From Candidatus Poribacteria bacterium (lineage in GTDB: Bacteria > Poribacteria > WGA-4E > WGA-3G), in the NCBI GenBank assembly GCA_965205025.1, contig CBDBFU010000007.1, forward strand, positions 128,001-192,000: 64,000 nt of DNA. The letters are read 5' to 3'. Position 1 is the first letter of the stretch. Each line of letters starts with the position of its first letter. Under the pieces are notes generated by a model. The model was not told where the DNA came from. It saw nothing but the letters and a program-made list of their open reading frames with translations, and made no database searches. This document shows positions 41,073 to 51,690 of the stretch, piece by piece. The translations under genes were made by a program, and so were the position numbers.

Positions 41073-41960
41073 TTATTCTTCTTTTTCAAGACTTTCGATC
41101 ACTTTTTGTGTTTTTTCCGAATAGTAAATCTCTTGTGAGTGTTTGTAAAACGCTAAAGCTTTCTCTTTATCTCCTAACTTAGCGTAGGCTTTTCCCATCG
41201 TACGATAGACGCTCCCATATGAACCGGTAGGTTCTAACGCTATGGATCTCTTGAGAAAACCGATTGCTTCCTCATAATCGGGGCGGTTTTCGGCTTGTAA
41301 AACAAGATGCAAGCCTAACTGATAAAGAACTTCTGCGGAATTCGGGTTCAATTCAACGAGGCGACGGAATCCGTATTCTACTTTTTCTGAGTCTAATCCC
41401 ATATGACTTACCGACCACACATAAATCGTCTGGTAGTCATCGGGTTCTTTGTCAAGTGCCTTCTGTGCGTATTCTATTGCGTATACCTCATCATACCATC
41501 TAAACAGCTCACGCCCATGATCCAGAAGATATTTTGCCATGTCTAAATCGGAAAGTACTTCGGCAAGAATGTTGAGTTTCCTACGATAGACTTCTTCTAC
41601 TTCTTCTGCTATCGGTTCTTGTATATCTTTCAGTTTCTGTTGTATTTGCTGTGGGAGTAAAGGATATGAATACGCTATACCATCGGACGTAAGACGCATT
41701 TGATATTTAATATCGGGTATATAGAAGTATGGGTCTCCCTTATAGCTGTCAGGTGTTTTGGGGACAATGATTTTCGGTTGTGATGTTGGCATCGTCCGTT
41801 CGACTGTGTCATTTAACAATGTATCTTTACTGTTTACTGTTGTTTTATCAACAGGTATGGTGGTCTGGTGTGTGGTTTTCTGGGCACATCCTAAACAACA
41901 CGTAAGTAAAATCGCAACCCATGCAAGTAGGTAAGCGGTCATTTCAACCTGTAGTTTCAT
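41073..41960 (-). CDS. TPR-containing lipoprotein
   Basis: Lipobox CLGC; C-terminal TPR units. Confidence 0.75.
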   Translation of the reverse strand: MKLQVEMTAYLLAWVAILLTCCLGCAQKTTHQTTIPVDKTTVNSKDTLLNDTVERTMPTSQPKIIVPKTPDSYKGDPYFYIPDIKYQMRLTSDGIAYSYPLLPQQIQQKLKDIQEPIAEEVEEVYRRKLNILAEVLSDLDMAKYLLDHGRELFRWYDEVYAIEYAQKALDKEPDDYQTIYVWSVSHMGLDSEKVEYGFRRLVELNPNSAEVLYQLGLHLVLQAENRPDYEEAIGFLKRSIALEPTGSYGSVYRTMGKAYAKLGDKEKALAFYKHSQEIYYSEKTQKVIESLEKEE

Positions 41961-42155
41961 TGTGTCACCTCATTGAGATAGCGTTTTTTTCATGCTAAAG
42001 ATTACCTCTTAAATTGTCAACTGTTGTGCAAGAATCTGACGTCTGCTGATAAGTATAAGAATCCGTGTTCGGTATGTGCTATCAATTTATACTCAATAAA
42101 AAATTAACCACCCATCTTATCAATAACTCTAAGATTGTCGGTTGTCGAATGCCCT

Positions 42156-44093
42156 TTATGTTTTATCCAGCTCTGGTATTCGAGAAAGATCCCATATATA
42201 CATAATGCCATTGCGATCGATTGTAGATAAAATCGATCCATCCGGTGAAAACACAATTGATTCTACTCTGTCTGTATGCCCTTCTAAAGTATGTTTATAC
42301 TGACTTGTTTTTGCATCCCATAGCAATATGTGGCCGCCAATCGAAGTAGCGATTGTATTTCCATCTGGAGAATAGGCTATAGAAAGCGTCTGACCGCGGG
42401 ATCCCTTAATATTTCTTCTCATTTTACCTGTATTTACATTCCACAATCGTATCGTATCCCCATACCATGTGCCTGTTGCGATTGTATTACCGTCTGGAGA
42501 AAAAGCGACTGAGCATACCATTTCTGTATGCCCTAACAACGTAGTCTTATGTTTTCCTGTATTTAGATCCCACAGCCTAACGGATTTGTCTTTACTTCCA
42601 CTGGCGATTGTGTTTCCATCTGGAGAGATCGCGATTGAATAGATTAAGTCAGTATGTCCTTCAAATTTCCTTATGAGTTTCCTACTGACAGCGTTCCACA
42701 ATCGGACTTCGTTTTCATTGATTGAACCTGCTATCATTTCTCCATCAGGTGAAAACACAACAGAAGTAACGTAATCACGACGATAAATATGTCTAGTGCT
42801 GTTAGCTGAAGATGTCCGAGAATCAAACTTCGATTCAAGTTCACTATATAGGCGAGAATCAACGTCCCAAGAATGTGCTCTACCATCCGAACTTCCTGCA
42901 ACAATCTTTGTCCCATCGGGTGAATACGCTACAGAGTGGATACTGTCAGTATGTCCATTCAAGGAAAAAATGTGTTTCTTGGATGTAATATGCCATAGAT
43001 GTACACCATCCTGATTACCCACAGCGATTATGGTCCCATCTGGTGAAAAGGTTATGCAATTTGCAAAGCGCTTATGTCCAGTCAGGAGTGGTGTTTTATT
43101 GAGGAATATCCAGGCAGAATCATGATTAGATTCAGCTAAACGGGTCTCACATTGGTAAACAACTCCATTATACCGTTCAATTGCGATTGTCTTACCATCT
43201 GCTGAATATGCAAATGAATTACAGTTGTTTGTTTTTCCTTTTATGGAAAAGGTAGAAGAATTAGGATCTTTACCCCAGAAGATGATTCCATCATAGCCTT
43301 TGGTTGCGATTGTATTTCCATCAGGTGAATACTCCACAAAAGTAACATAATTTTTATGACCTTTTAAGGTTTGTATAGGGGCACCAGTCTTTGCATTCCA
43401 CAAACGGACCGTGTTGTCTAAACTTGTAGATACAATAGTTAGACTATCAGGAGAAAAGGTGGCTGATGTCACCCATTTTTCATGTCCGGTCAGAACCCTA
43501 ATGGATTGTCTTGTAGAAATACCCCATATTCGTATTGTTTTATCCTCACTTGCTGTTGCGATCGTATTTCCATCGGGTGAAAATGCTATTGAAGAAACGA
43601 CAGATGTATGTCCTATGTATTGTGCGATCAGTCCTCTTGTTTGAATATCCCACAAATCAACGGGTCCATTATTGCCTCCGGCAGCAATTTTGGTTCCATC
43701 AGGTGAAATAGCAATGGAACGAACACCATTGATCTTTATCGTTGCCTTAAGGTATCCTTTGGCAGCATCCCATAGACGCACTCCATCTGAGCTACCACTA
43801 ACAATTGTCTTGCTATCTGGTGAAAATACAATGGCTTCTGTCCGAATTTCTGTTAGCAGATTGAGTTCGTCTCCAGTCTGTGTATCATAAACCCATACAC
43901 CAATAGGAGTGGTAATAGCGAGGAGATTACCATCGGGCGAATACTTCATCTGTTTGGTTCTTCCCTTACCGAAACGTGCAATGGCATTTTCAGGCAAATT
44001 TGATTGTGATGCGTCATGAGCCACTGCAAATGTAGGTAAGAGAAATGACAGGGTTACACAAAATGTGAGGATAAAGTAAATCTTATTTTTCAT
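42156..44093 (-). CDS. Secreted WD40-repeat protein
   Basis: Signal peptide; many GH...FSPDG...WD repeats. Confidence 0.93.
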   Translation of the reverse strand: MKNKIYFILTFCVTLSFLLPTFAVAHDASQSNLPENAIARFGKGRTKQMKYSPDGNLLAITTPIGVWVYDTQTGDELNLLTEIRTEAIVFSPDSKTIVSGSSDGVRLWDAAKGYLKATIKINGVRSIAISPDGTKIAAGGNNGPVDLWDIQTRGLIAQYIGHTSVVSSIAFSPDGNTIATASEDKTIRIWGISTRQSIRVLTGHEKWVTSATFSPDSLTIVSTSLDNTVRLWNAKTGAPIQTLKGHKNYVTFVEYSPDGNTIATKGYDGIIFWGKDPNSSTFSIKGKTNNCNSFAYSADGKTIAIERYNGVVYQCETRLAESNHDSAWIFLNKTPLLTGHKRFANCITFSPDGTIIAVGNQDGVHLWHITSKKHIFSLNGHTDSIHSVAYSPDGTKIVAGSSDGRAHSWDVDSRLYSELESKFDSRTSSANSTRHIYRRDYVTSVVFSPDGEMIAGSINENEVRLWNAVSRKLIRKFEGHTDLIYSIAISPDGNTIASGSKDKSVRLWDLNTGKHKTTLLGHTEMVCSVAFSPDGNTIATGTWYGDTIRLWNVNTGKMRRNIKGSRGQTLSIAYSPDGNTIATSIGGHILLWDAKTSQYKHTLEGHTDRVESIVFSPDGSILSTIDRNGIMYIWDLSRIPELDKT

Positions 44094-44264
44094 ATAAATT
44101 ACTCCAAGTATATCTGAATAGAGAAGCTGATATTTCTTAGAATGGTGTTTAACCTATTAACAATATTGGTGCGACGCGTCGGTAATAGACACACATTGTA
44201 AAGTTTTTGGAGTTCTCCTCAAGTGTTTCAGAACTATCCGTTGAGATTAAATTACCAAGTGAAA

Positions 44265-45104
44265 TTATGTGGTGTTATTCTCCAGTGAATACTCTCTGTT
44301 TCCACCAGGACCACCGCCAATTGCCCATGTCCCACGGAATAGGGATTGTCGTCTTGTCGGCATTGTCTCAATTATTTCATGACTTAGATTCAATCGATGC
44401 CACTGTGCCCAAATTGAGTTGTAACAATTAAAGACAGCACAGCGCGGATTGTCCGTGTTTGTCCAATCATTTGCAGCATGCACAAGGCTTTCTGTGAAAA
44501 TCACAACTGAACCCGGTGGACAACTGTAATCCTCCATTACATCTCGCATGTTCTGTTCCCAAGGAGATTCACCGATATTCGGTCGATACGGATCTGGACC
44601 ACCGTAGTTGAAATGTGCTTTATGAGAGCCACTGAGAAAAGATGTACCACCCTGTCCAGATTTCACTTCCTCAAGTTCCCACACAACACGAGTGAGTCCT
44701 GCAAAGATTTTCCCACCTGCAACCTGATAGCGCATTGCATTTGCTTGTTGGGGAGGTCGCACCACGTGTGGTAAGCCATTATCTCCACGTTGGGACACAT
44801 TCCAACCCGGTTCTCTGACAGTGGTAAAAGATCCTTCACATCGAAAGCCATAACAATCTTGATGTACAAATGGGTCTTCTGACAGGATTTCGTTGAGAAT
44901 TCCAACTATCGCTGGATGATCAAGCAATTTCTGTAATGTTCCTTGATAACTCTGTCTTGCCCCGTCATATACTTCTCCTTTCATTTCTTCAATTTCTGAA
45001 TCAGACAAGATAGATGGCAACAAAATCCAACCACGTAAATCAAAGAAGAATTTCTGTTCAGGTGTCATAGGTATAGCTTCAACAATTTTTGCTTCTTCTG
45101 ACAT
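44265..45104 (-). CDS. Phytanoyl-CoA dioxygenase (PhyH)-like protein, paralog 1
   Basis: QKFFFDLRGW, GGTSFLSGSHK, GSVVIFTESLVH, distal R. Confidence 0.8.
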   Translation of the reverse strand: MSEEAKIVEAIPMTPEQKFFFDLRGWILLPSILSDSEIEEMKGEVYDGARQSYQGTLQKLLDHPAIVGILNEILSEDPFVHQDCYGFRCEGSFTTVREPGWNVSQRGDNGLPHVVRPPQQANAMRYQVAGGKIFAGLTRVVWELEEVKSGQGGTSFLSGSHKAHFNYGGPDPYRPNIGESPWEQNMRDVMEDYSCPPGSVVIFTESLVHAANDWTNTDNPRCAVFNCYNSIWAQWHRLNLSHEIIETMPTRRQSLFRGTWAIGGGPGGNREYSLENNTT

Positions 45105-45183
45105 GCATAACTCCTTAATAGATATTACTTAAAATCTGAAATGGATAGCAAAGTAAAGAATTCAATACGGAAATTTACTCAAA

Positions 45184-46044
45184 TTATGTGGTGTTATTCT
45201 CTAAAGAATATCTCCTGTTCCCACCAGGACCACCACCGATTGCCCACGTTCCACGGAATAGGGATTGACGTTTCTGTGGCATTGCTTCTATTATGTCATG
45301 ACTTAGATTCAACCGATACCATTGTGCCCAAACTGAATTGTAACAATTAAAGACAGCACACCGTGGATTGTCTGGGTTCGTCCAGTCGTTCGTAGCGTGG
45401 ATTAGACTCTCAGTAAAGACAATTGCAGACCCAGGTGGACAACTATAATCCTCCATCATGTCTCGTATGTTATCCTCCCAAGGCGATTCACTGATATTCG
45501 GACGATTCGGGTCAGGTCCACCATAGTTGAAATGTGCCTTATGCGAACCAGTGAGAAAAGTGGTTCCACCCTGTCCAGATTTTACCTCTTCAAGTTCCCA
45601 TACTACACGTGTAAGTCCAGCAAATATCTTTCCTCCAGCAACCTGATATCGCATCGCATTAGCTTGCTGCGGTGGACGAACAACGTGTGGCACCGTTGTA
45701 CCTCTTCCGTATGAAAGATTCCAACCAGGTTGTCTAACAGTTGTAAACGAATTTTCACATCGAAATCCATAGCAATCTTCAAAGATAAATCGTTCGTCAG
45801 CAACGATTTCGTTTAGAATCCCTACAATCTCAGGATGATCAAGTAAGTTCTGGAGCGCACCTTGATAACTATGTTTAGCACCGGCATACACTTCCGCTTT
45901 TAGCTCCTCGATTTCTGATTCAGACAAAACTGATGGTAATAGAATCCAACCACGGAGATCAAAGAAGAACTTTTGCTCCGGTGTCATCAACTTTTCCTCT
46001 GGACCTAACGGCATTGGTTCATGAGAATGACGTATTTCTTGCAT
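45184..46044 (-). CDS. Phytanoyl-CoA dioxygenase (PhyH)-like protein, paralog 2
   Basis: Highly similar to 44265-45104. Confidence 0.8.
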   Translation of the reverse strand: MQEIRHSHEPMPLGPEEKLMTPEQKFFFDLRGWILLPSVLSESEIEELKAEVYAGAKHSYQGALQNLLDHPEIVGILNEIVADERFIFEDCYGFRCENSFTTVRQPGWNLSYGRGTTVPHVVRPPQQANAMRYQVAGGKIFAGLTRVVWELEEVKSGQGGTTFLTGSHKAHFNYGGPDPNRPNISESPWEDNIRDMMEDYSCPPGSAIVFTESLIHATNDWTNPDNPRCAVFNCYNSVWAQWYRLNLSHDIIEAMPQKRQSLFRGTWAIGGGPGGNRRYSLENNTT

Positions 46045-46082
46045 TATATGATCCTTATGGTAAACTCACTGTATTCCTACAA

Positions 46083-47834
46083 CTATTTTAACGCCTGTTT
46101 CAACCCAGGTAAGAAATAATCTTTCACAACGACTTCCCAACTCATTCGAGAGGCAATGTCATAACCTTCCTTTATCATTTCCTCAATGTCACGCGGCTTC
46201 CGCGGTAATCGACCAAGAAGTTTCGCTGCAATATCACGACTATTCTCTACTTCTATATTCGTACGTTCTGTCAATCCAATATGCAGAACGTCTTCTAATG
46301 ACTTTGGAGCACCATTAACATTGGTATAATCAGCAATCACAACATTGGGAACTTCTCTATTATCAGTAGCACGTTGTATGAAACCACAGCATCCACATAC
46401 ATTACTCACAATACAGATTGCCCCAAAACTAAGAGGTTCCACTTGGGCAATACCAAAGGGTTCATAAATAGACTGTCCAAATTCGGCATCACTCCCCTTA
46501 CGGATGTCCATAAATTCCATCTCAATTGGCATACGAGTTCCACAGGAAGCCTGACTCCACCCGAACTGGTTAACAAATACTACCTTTATTGCTTTTGATT
46601 GTAGATTAAAAGCAGACACGCCATTATTCAACTCAATTTCTGCACCAACCAGATCCGGATAACCGATCTTGTGATATACTGGCCAACCGTATTCACGCTC
46701 CATTTCATGGATATTCTCATGTGGACGTCCAGTTGCAATTTCTGTCGACAAAATAAACAACACCGCTGTTTTACCATTAGATGCAAGTAGTGAGTCTAAA
46801 TGGTGTAATACTTGTAAATCTCGCCAGAGACCTTTACTTTTAACAAGTCGAGTGACATGTGTAAAGACATAATCTGGACGATAGTCGAGGAGCGTTCGGG
46901 TATATTTTTGTAGGCGGGATTTTGAAGCTAATTTCTCATCTAAACTCATTTCAAAGGCAGGAATTCCATTGTAAACAAGGTTAATTGGAAACGACTCAAA
47001 TTGGGGGGCTAAAAAACGAAGTTCATCAACCACAAGGTCGCCAACAGCAAAGATCGTGTCGCAAAGATGCGCTTTATCGATCAAGGCATGCTTAAAATAC
47101 CAAAACGGATCACCAAATACATCACGGATTAACTTCCCTTGTGATTTTGCTTGTTCTAATGCATTGTAAAAACGCACATCATGACCAGGATGTCCTTCTA
47201 CAATAGGACGAATAGAAGCCACTTCATGAGCATAGAAGACAGTATGCATATTTGCTGCACCGTTATCGATCTCTCGTGCAAGCAGTGTTTTTAGAACGAG
47301 TGGCATCCCCATAAATTCGTGTGAGATAACGTATATAGGTGCTTCAGAATGTTCATGTGTTAACACTTGTAAGGCTTCAAAAGCAGGTTCAGCAAGACGG
47401 ACATATTCTTCAAATTCCCATTCACTATCGTAACGATTTGATTCTATTCCAAAGTGCTCATAGAGTTGCCATTTGAACTTATTTGTTAAGTCTTCACTAC
47501 TGTTAGATACATTGACTAAGAGCACGTCTACAAGCGCAGAAACCTTCTGATCTTTACCTTCAAATTGGCGTTGTCCGTATATCAGTTCAACCTGATAGGT
47601 GTTTTCAATTTCACTAAGTGCCGTAGCATGAGGAGTGGTCGTTACACCATCGGATGCATGATAAAATACCGACTCCAATGCCCCTAAATCAGCACCAGAA
47701 AATAAAGGTCCCACAAGTAAAGTGCGTTCAACTGCTTCGGTATAACTGCGAGTCGTTAGCAGACCTTCTAATACTGCCCCGATTCCACCCATTTTTTGCA
47801 TGGCTTCATGGGTAACATGGACAACAATACTCAA
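46083..47834 (-). CDS. GT3-like (eukaryote/Bacteroidota-type) glycogen synthase-like glycosyltransferase
   Basis: HEAMQKMGGI (compare WEVANKVGGI); SHEFMG; SIYEPFG; divergent from glgP. Confidence 0.65.
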   Translation of the reverse strand: MSIVVHVTHEAMQKMGGIGAVLEGLLTTRSYTEAVERTLLVGPLFSGADLGALESVFYHASDGVTTTPHATALSEIENTYQVELIYGQRQFEGKDQKVSALVDVLLVNVSNSSEDLTNKFKWQLYEHFGIESNRYDSEWEFEEYVRLAEPAFEALQVLTHEHSEAPIYVISHEFMGMPLVLKTLLAREIDNGAANMHTVFYAHEVASIRPIVEGHPGHDVRFYNALEQAKSQGKLIRDVFGDPFWYFKHALIDKAHLCDTIFAVGDLVVDELRFLAPQFESFPINLVYNGIPAFEMSLDEKLASKSRLQKYTRTLLDYRPDYVFTHVTRLVKSKGLWRDLQVLHHLDSLLASNGKTAVLFILSTEIATGRPHENIHEMEREYGWPVYHKIGYPDLVGAEIELNNGVSAFNLQSKAIKVVFVNQFGWSQASCGTRMPIEMEFMDIRKGSDAEFGQSIYEPFGIAQVEPLSFGAICIVSNVCGCCGFIQRATDNREVPNVVIADYTNVNGAPKSLEDVLHIGLTERTNIEVENSRDIAAKLLGRLPRKPRDIEEMIKEGYDIASRMSWEVVVKDYFLPGLKQALK

Positions 47835-48040
47835 GATTTCACCTCGTGAATGAATAAGGTTTGAATGTGTTAAAATACCATGTGAATTAGAGTAGTGTCA
47901 AGTTATTTTGATAGATATTCAGAATAGAGAATACAACGATTATATTCACATAAATAGTACTAATTACGCAACCTGTTTGTACTTGACACATGGCTATATT
48001 AGAAGTATAATTCACCTGAAGTACAAAGACGTTTTCAGAG

Positions 48041-48277
48041 GTGAATATGCTTGACGATATTGGAATAACAGCAGGTGAAATTTGGCACTTTTTAGAAGAA
48101 CATGATGAAGCATCCATCGGTAAGTTAAGAAAAGAACTAAATAAAACAGAACGGATGATACTCGCTGGTATTGGATGGTTAGCACGCGAAGGAAAACTTA
48201 GCACTGTACAACGACAAAGAGCCACATATTTCATGCTGAATAATTCCTCCACTGCAAATGGAGGAAATAACCTGTAA
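48041..48277 (+). CDS. Winged-helix protein (DUF2582-like)
   Basis: IGITAGEIWHFL...GIGWLAREGKL; TAATG overlap with glgP. Confidence 0.82.
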   Translation: MNMLDDIGITAGEIWHFLEEHDEASIGKLRKELNKTERMILAGIGWLAREGKLSTVQRQRATYFMLNNSSTANGGNNL

Positions 48278-50880
48278 TGAAGCCTATTCGCCAATTATCT
48301 GTTGTACCCACATTGCCTGAGAATCTTGAACCCTTACGTGAATTGGCAATGAACTTGTGGTGGACATGGGATAATGAAGCACTTAGTTTATTTAGACATC
48401 TTGATTCTGACCTATGGGAAGAAACCTACCATAATCCCGTAGCAATGCTTGGAAGAATCTCCCAAGAACAGTTAGAAAACACTGCGAAGAATGATGTTTT
48501 TTTAGCACATCTTGATCTCATTTATAGCAAATTTAAAAACTACCTTAGTTCCCCTTCCTGGTTTGAGACATTTTCCGATGACAATATCCTATCAAATATA
48601 AGTATAGCATATTTCTCAATGGAATTCGGACTCACAGAGTGCATGCCGCTTTACTCTGGAGGGTTAGGTGTCTTAGCAGGTGACCACCTGAAATCAACCA
48701 GCTATCTTGGACTTCCGTTCGTTGGTGTAGGTTTACTCTACCAACACGGCTATTTTCGTCAAACGCTAACATCCGATGGTTGGCAGATGGCAGATTACCC
48801 TACTAATGACTTTTACAATATGCCTATAACTCCTGAATACACGGAGGACGGATCCGCGCTCTTGATTGAAGTAGAATATCCAGAGGGAAAAGCATACGCT
48901 AAAGTGTGGCGTGCTCAAGTGGGTCGTGTTTCTTTATATCTATTGGATACAAACATCCCTGAAAACGAAAATACCGATTTACGAGACATCACCGATTATC
49001 TATACGGTGGTGATAAACGGATGCGTATCAAACAAGAGATTCTTCTCGGTATTGGAGGCTACCAAACACTAAGTAAACTCGGGATTACACCAACTGTTTG
49101 TCATATGAATGAGGGACATGCAGCTTTTTTAGCATTGGAACGAATTCGTCAATTTATGGATGAAAATGGTATCGGTTTTGACGAAGCAAGAGAAGCAACT
49201 TCATCAGGTAATATTTTTACTACCCATACACCTGTTCCTGCGGGAATTGATTGGTTCCCACCCGAATTAGTAAAGCACTATTTCAAGATATACCACAGCA
49301 AATTAGGTATCTCAGAAGAGAAATTCCTCGGGTTAGGGAGAAAGAATCCATCCGATAATAGTAGTGAATTTAGTCCCGCATTGGTCGCTCTTCGACTGTC
49401 TACAATGACAAATGGTGTGAGTCAATTACATGGACATGTGTCCAGAAATATGTGGAAAGATCTATGGCAGAACTATCCTGTTCATGAAGTTCCTATAAAA
49501 GCAATTACAAATGGTATACATACACGATCCTGGGTTTCTGAAGATATGCAAAACCTGTTTGACAGGTATCTCGGTCCAAAGTGGATCGTTGATTTAACGA
49601 ATCAAGATGTATGGACACAGGTATCAAAGATTCCAGATACCGAGTTATGGCGTACCCATGAACGAAGACGAGAACGCCTTATTGCTTTTGCCAGACAACG
49701 ACAAAGTCAACTACGAAATAAAACTTCTGATCAGAAATTCGAAATACCGGACGCTGCAAAAGTACATAATACAGGAGCTAAAACACTAAATTCGGGAGCA
49801 TTAACTATCGGATTTGCAAGACGGTTTGCAACATACAAACGAGCAACACTACTGTTCAACGACCTCAATAGACTTGATAAGATCCTCAATGACCCTAATC
49901 GTCCTGTACAACTAATTTTTGCAGGAAAAGCACATCCACACGATCATGAAGGGAAGGTGTTAATTCAGAAAATCCATCGAATTTCATCTGATTCACGATT
50001 CCAGAATAAAATACTATTCATTGAGAATTACGATATCTGTGTGGGACGCTATCTGGTTGAAGGTGTTGATGTGTGGCTGAATACCCCATTACCCCCCAAT
50101 GAAGCGAGTGGCACAAGCGGCATGAAAGCTGCAGCAAACGGGGCATTAAACCTGAGTATGGCTGATGGATGGTGGGCAGAAACCGAACACCTCGGTGGGG
50201 GATGGACTATTGAGGCTACTCCTGAAGCTGATGATGTGAAATCTGTTGATAAAGCACATGCAAACGCAATTTATGACCTACTTGAAAAAGAAGTCGTTCC
50301 GCTATTTTATGATCGTCATCCAGTAGATGATATTCCGTATGGATGGGTCGCTAAAATGAAGACGGCCATGCAGAATTTAGCACCGGTGTTTAATACAAAA
50401 CGGATGGTAGCAGAATATGCGGAACGGCTTTATTTTCCAGCACATAAAAGATGGCACAAATTAAACGAGGATGGTGCACGTCGGAGTATCGCACTTGCAG
50501 ATTGGAAAGCAAACATACGTAAACATTGGAGTAATTTAAGGGTTGAAGAAATGCTCCCAAAAGATCAGTTACAGAAGAAAGTCGCTCAACTCTCTGTTGG
50601 AGAATCAATTTCTATCCAAGCAATAGTTTACACAGATGCTCTGTTTCCTAATGAATTTGCTGTTCAAATATATCATGGTGTAATGGATGCAACCAGTGAA
50701 ATACAAAATGGTGACATAACCCAGATGAAATACCGAGAAGACTTAGGTAGTGGAAAATACCTATTTGAAGGAACGCTCGTACTAAATCATACTGGTTTGC
50801 ATGGGTATACACTAAGGGTTTTACCCTCCCACGAAAATTTACAATCTGTCTATGAACTTGGACTTGTGACCTGGGTATAA
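48277..50880 (+). CDS. glgP: Alpha-glucan (glycogen) phosphorylase
   Basis: YSGGLGVLAGD, HMNEGH, ARRFATYKR, EASGTSGMKA. Confidence 0.96.
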   Translation: MKPIRQLSVVPTLPENLEPLRELAMNLWWTWDNEALSLFRHLDSDLWEETYHNPVAMLGRISQEQLENTAKNDVFLAHLDLIYSKFKNYLSSPSWFETFSDDNILSNISIAYFSMEFGLTECMPLYSGGLGVLAGDHLKSTSYLGLPFVGVGLLYQHGYFRQTLTSDGWQMADYPTNDFYNMPITPEYTEDGSALLIEVEYPEGKAYAKVWRAQVGRVSLYLLDTNIPENENTDLRDITDYLYGGDKRMRIKQEILLGIGGYQTLSKLGITPTVCHMNEGHAAFLALERIRQFMDENGIGFDEAREATSSGNIFTTHTPVPAGIDWFPPELVKHYFKIYHSKLGISEEKFLGLGRKNPSDNSSEFSPALVALRLSTMTNGVSQLHGHVSRNMWKDLWQNYPVHEVPIKAITNGIHTRSWVSEDMQNLFDRYLGPKWIVDLTNQDVWTQVSKIPDTELWRTHERRRERLIAFARQRQSQLRNKTSDQKFEIPDAAKVHNTGAKTLNSGALTIGFARRFATYKRATLLFNDLNRLDKILNDPNRPVQLIFAGKAHPHDHEGKVLIQKIHRISSDSRFQNKILFIENYDICVGRYLVEGVDVWLNTPLPPNEASGTSGMKAAANGALNLSMADGWWAETEHLGGGWTIEATPEADDVKSVDKAHANAIYDLLEKEVVPLFYDRHPVDDIPYGWVAKMKTAMQNLAPVFNTKRMVAEYAERLYFPAHKRWHKLNEDGARRSIALADWKANIRKHWSNLRVEEMLPKDQLQKKVAQLSVGESISIQAIVYTDALFPNEFAVQIYHGVMDATSEIQNGDITQMKYREDLGSGKYLFEGTLVLNHTGLHGYTLRVLPSHENLQSVYELGLVTWV

Positions 50881-51051
50881 TTCATCAGATAACCAAGAAA
50901 TTGATTCCAACAATCCATTCAATCTATTTTATGTTACATAGAATCGTTAATGAGCGTATATTTATATAGATACTCGCTGATGGTAAATGCTGTGAGAAGA
51001 ATATCCAACTATTAATTCAACTTTTCTGGTACAACAGAAAGAAACACAGAT

Positions 51052-51639
51052 ATGGAAAGAAAAGCAGAAATAAAGCGTGAAACAAAAGAAACTAAAATTC
51101 GGATTAAGCTCAACCTTGATGGGAACGGTATTTCTGATATCAACACAGGTGTGGGATTTCTGGATCACATGTTAGAACTTTTTGCAAAACATGGTTTTTT
51201 TGATCTGGAAGTTGAGGCACAAGGTGATTTGCATATAGACGCTCACCATACGACGGAAGATGTCGGTATCTGTTTAGGACAAGCCTTTCAAGAAGCGGTG
51301 GGGGACAAAGCGGGGATGAGACGGTTCGGTAGTTTTGTTGTTCCGATGTATGAATCTCTTGCAGAAGTTGATTTGGATATCTGTGGGCGTCCGTACTTGC
51401 ACTATAAAACACCTCTTGAATTCGGAAAAGTAGGTGAATTTGATATAGAACTTTCTGAAGAGTTTTTTCACGGTTTCGTGAATCATAGCGGTACAACACT
51501 ACACATTAACGTTCCCTACGGTACAAATCAACATCACATCATTGAAGCGATTTTCAAGGCGGTTGCAAAAGCCTTAGATGTTGCCACACAGATTGATACC
51601 CGAATCTCAGGCGTATTGTCCACTAAAGGGAGTCTATAA
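51052..51639 (+). CDS. hisB: Imidazoleglycerol-phosphate dehydratase
   Basis: [40 protein letters not shown]. Confidence 0.97.
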   Translation: MERKAEIKRETKETKIRIKLNLDGNGISDINTGVGFLDHMLELFAKHGFFDLEVEAQGDLHIDAHHTTEDVGICLGQAFQEAVGDKAGMRRFGSFVVPMYESLAEVDLDICGRPYLHYKTPLEFGKVGEFDIELSEEFFHGFVNHSGTTLHINVPYGTNQHHIIEAIFKAVAKALDVATQIDTRISGVLSTKGSL

Positions 51640-51690
51640 GAAATCACATCAACAGTTTGAGGATATATCTATTCGAAATTGGAGAAGTAA

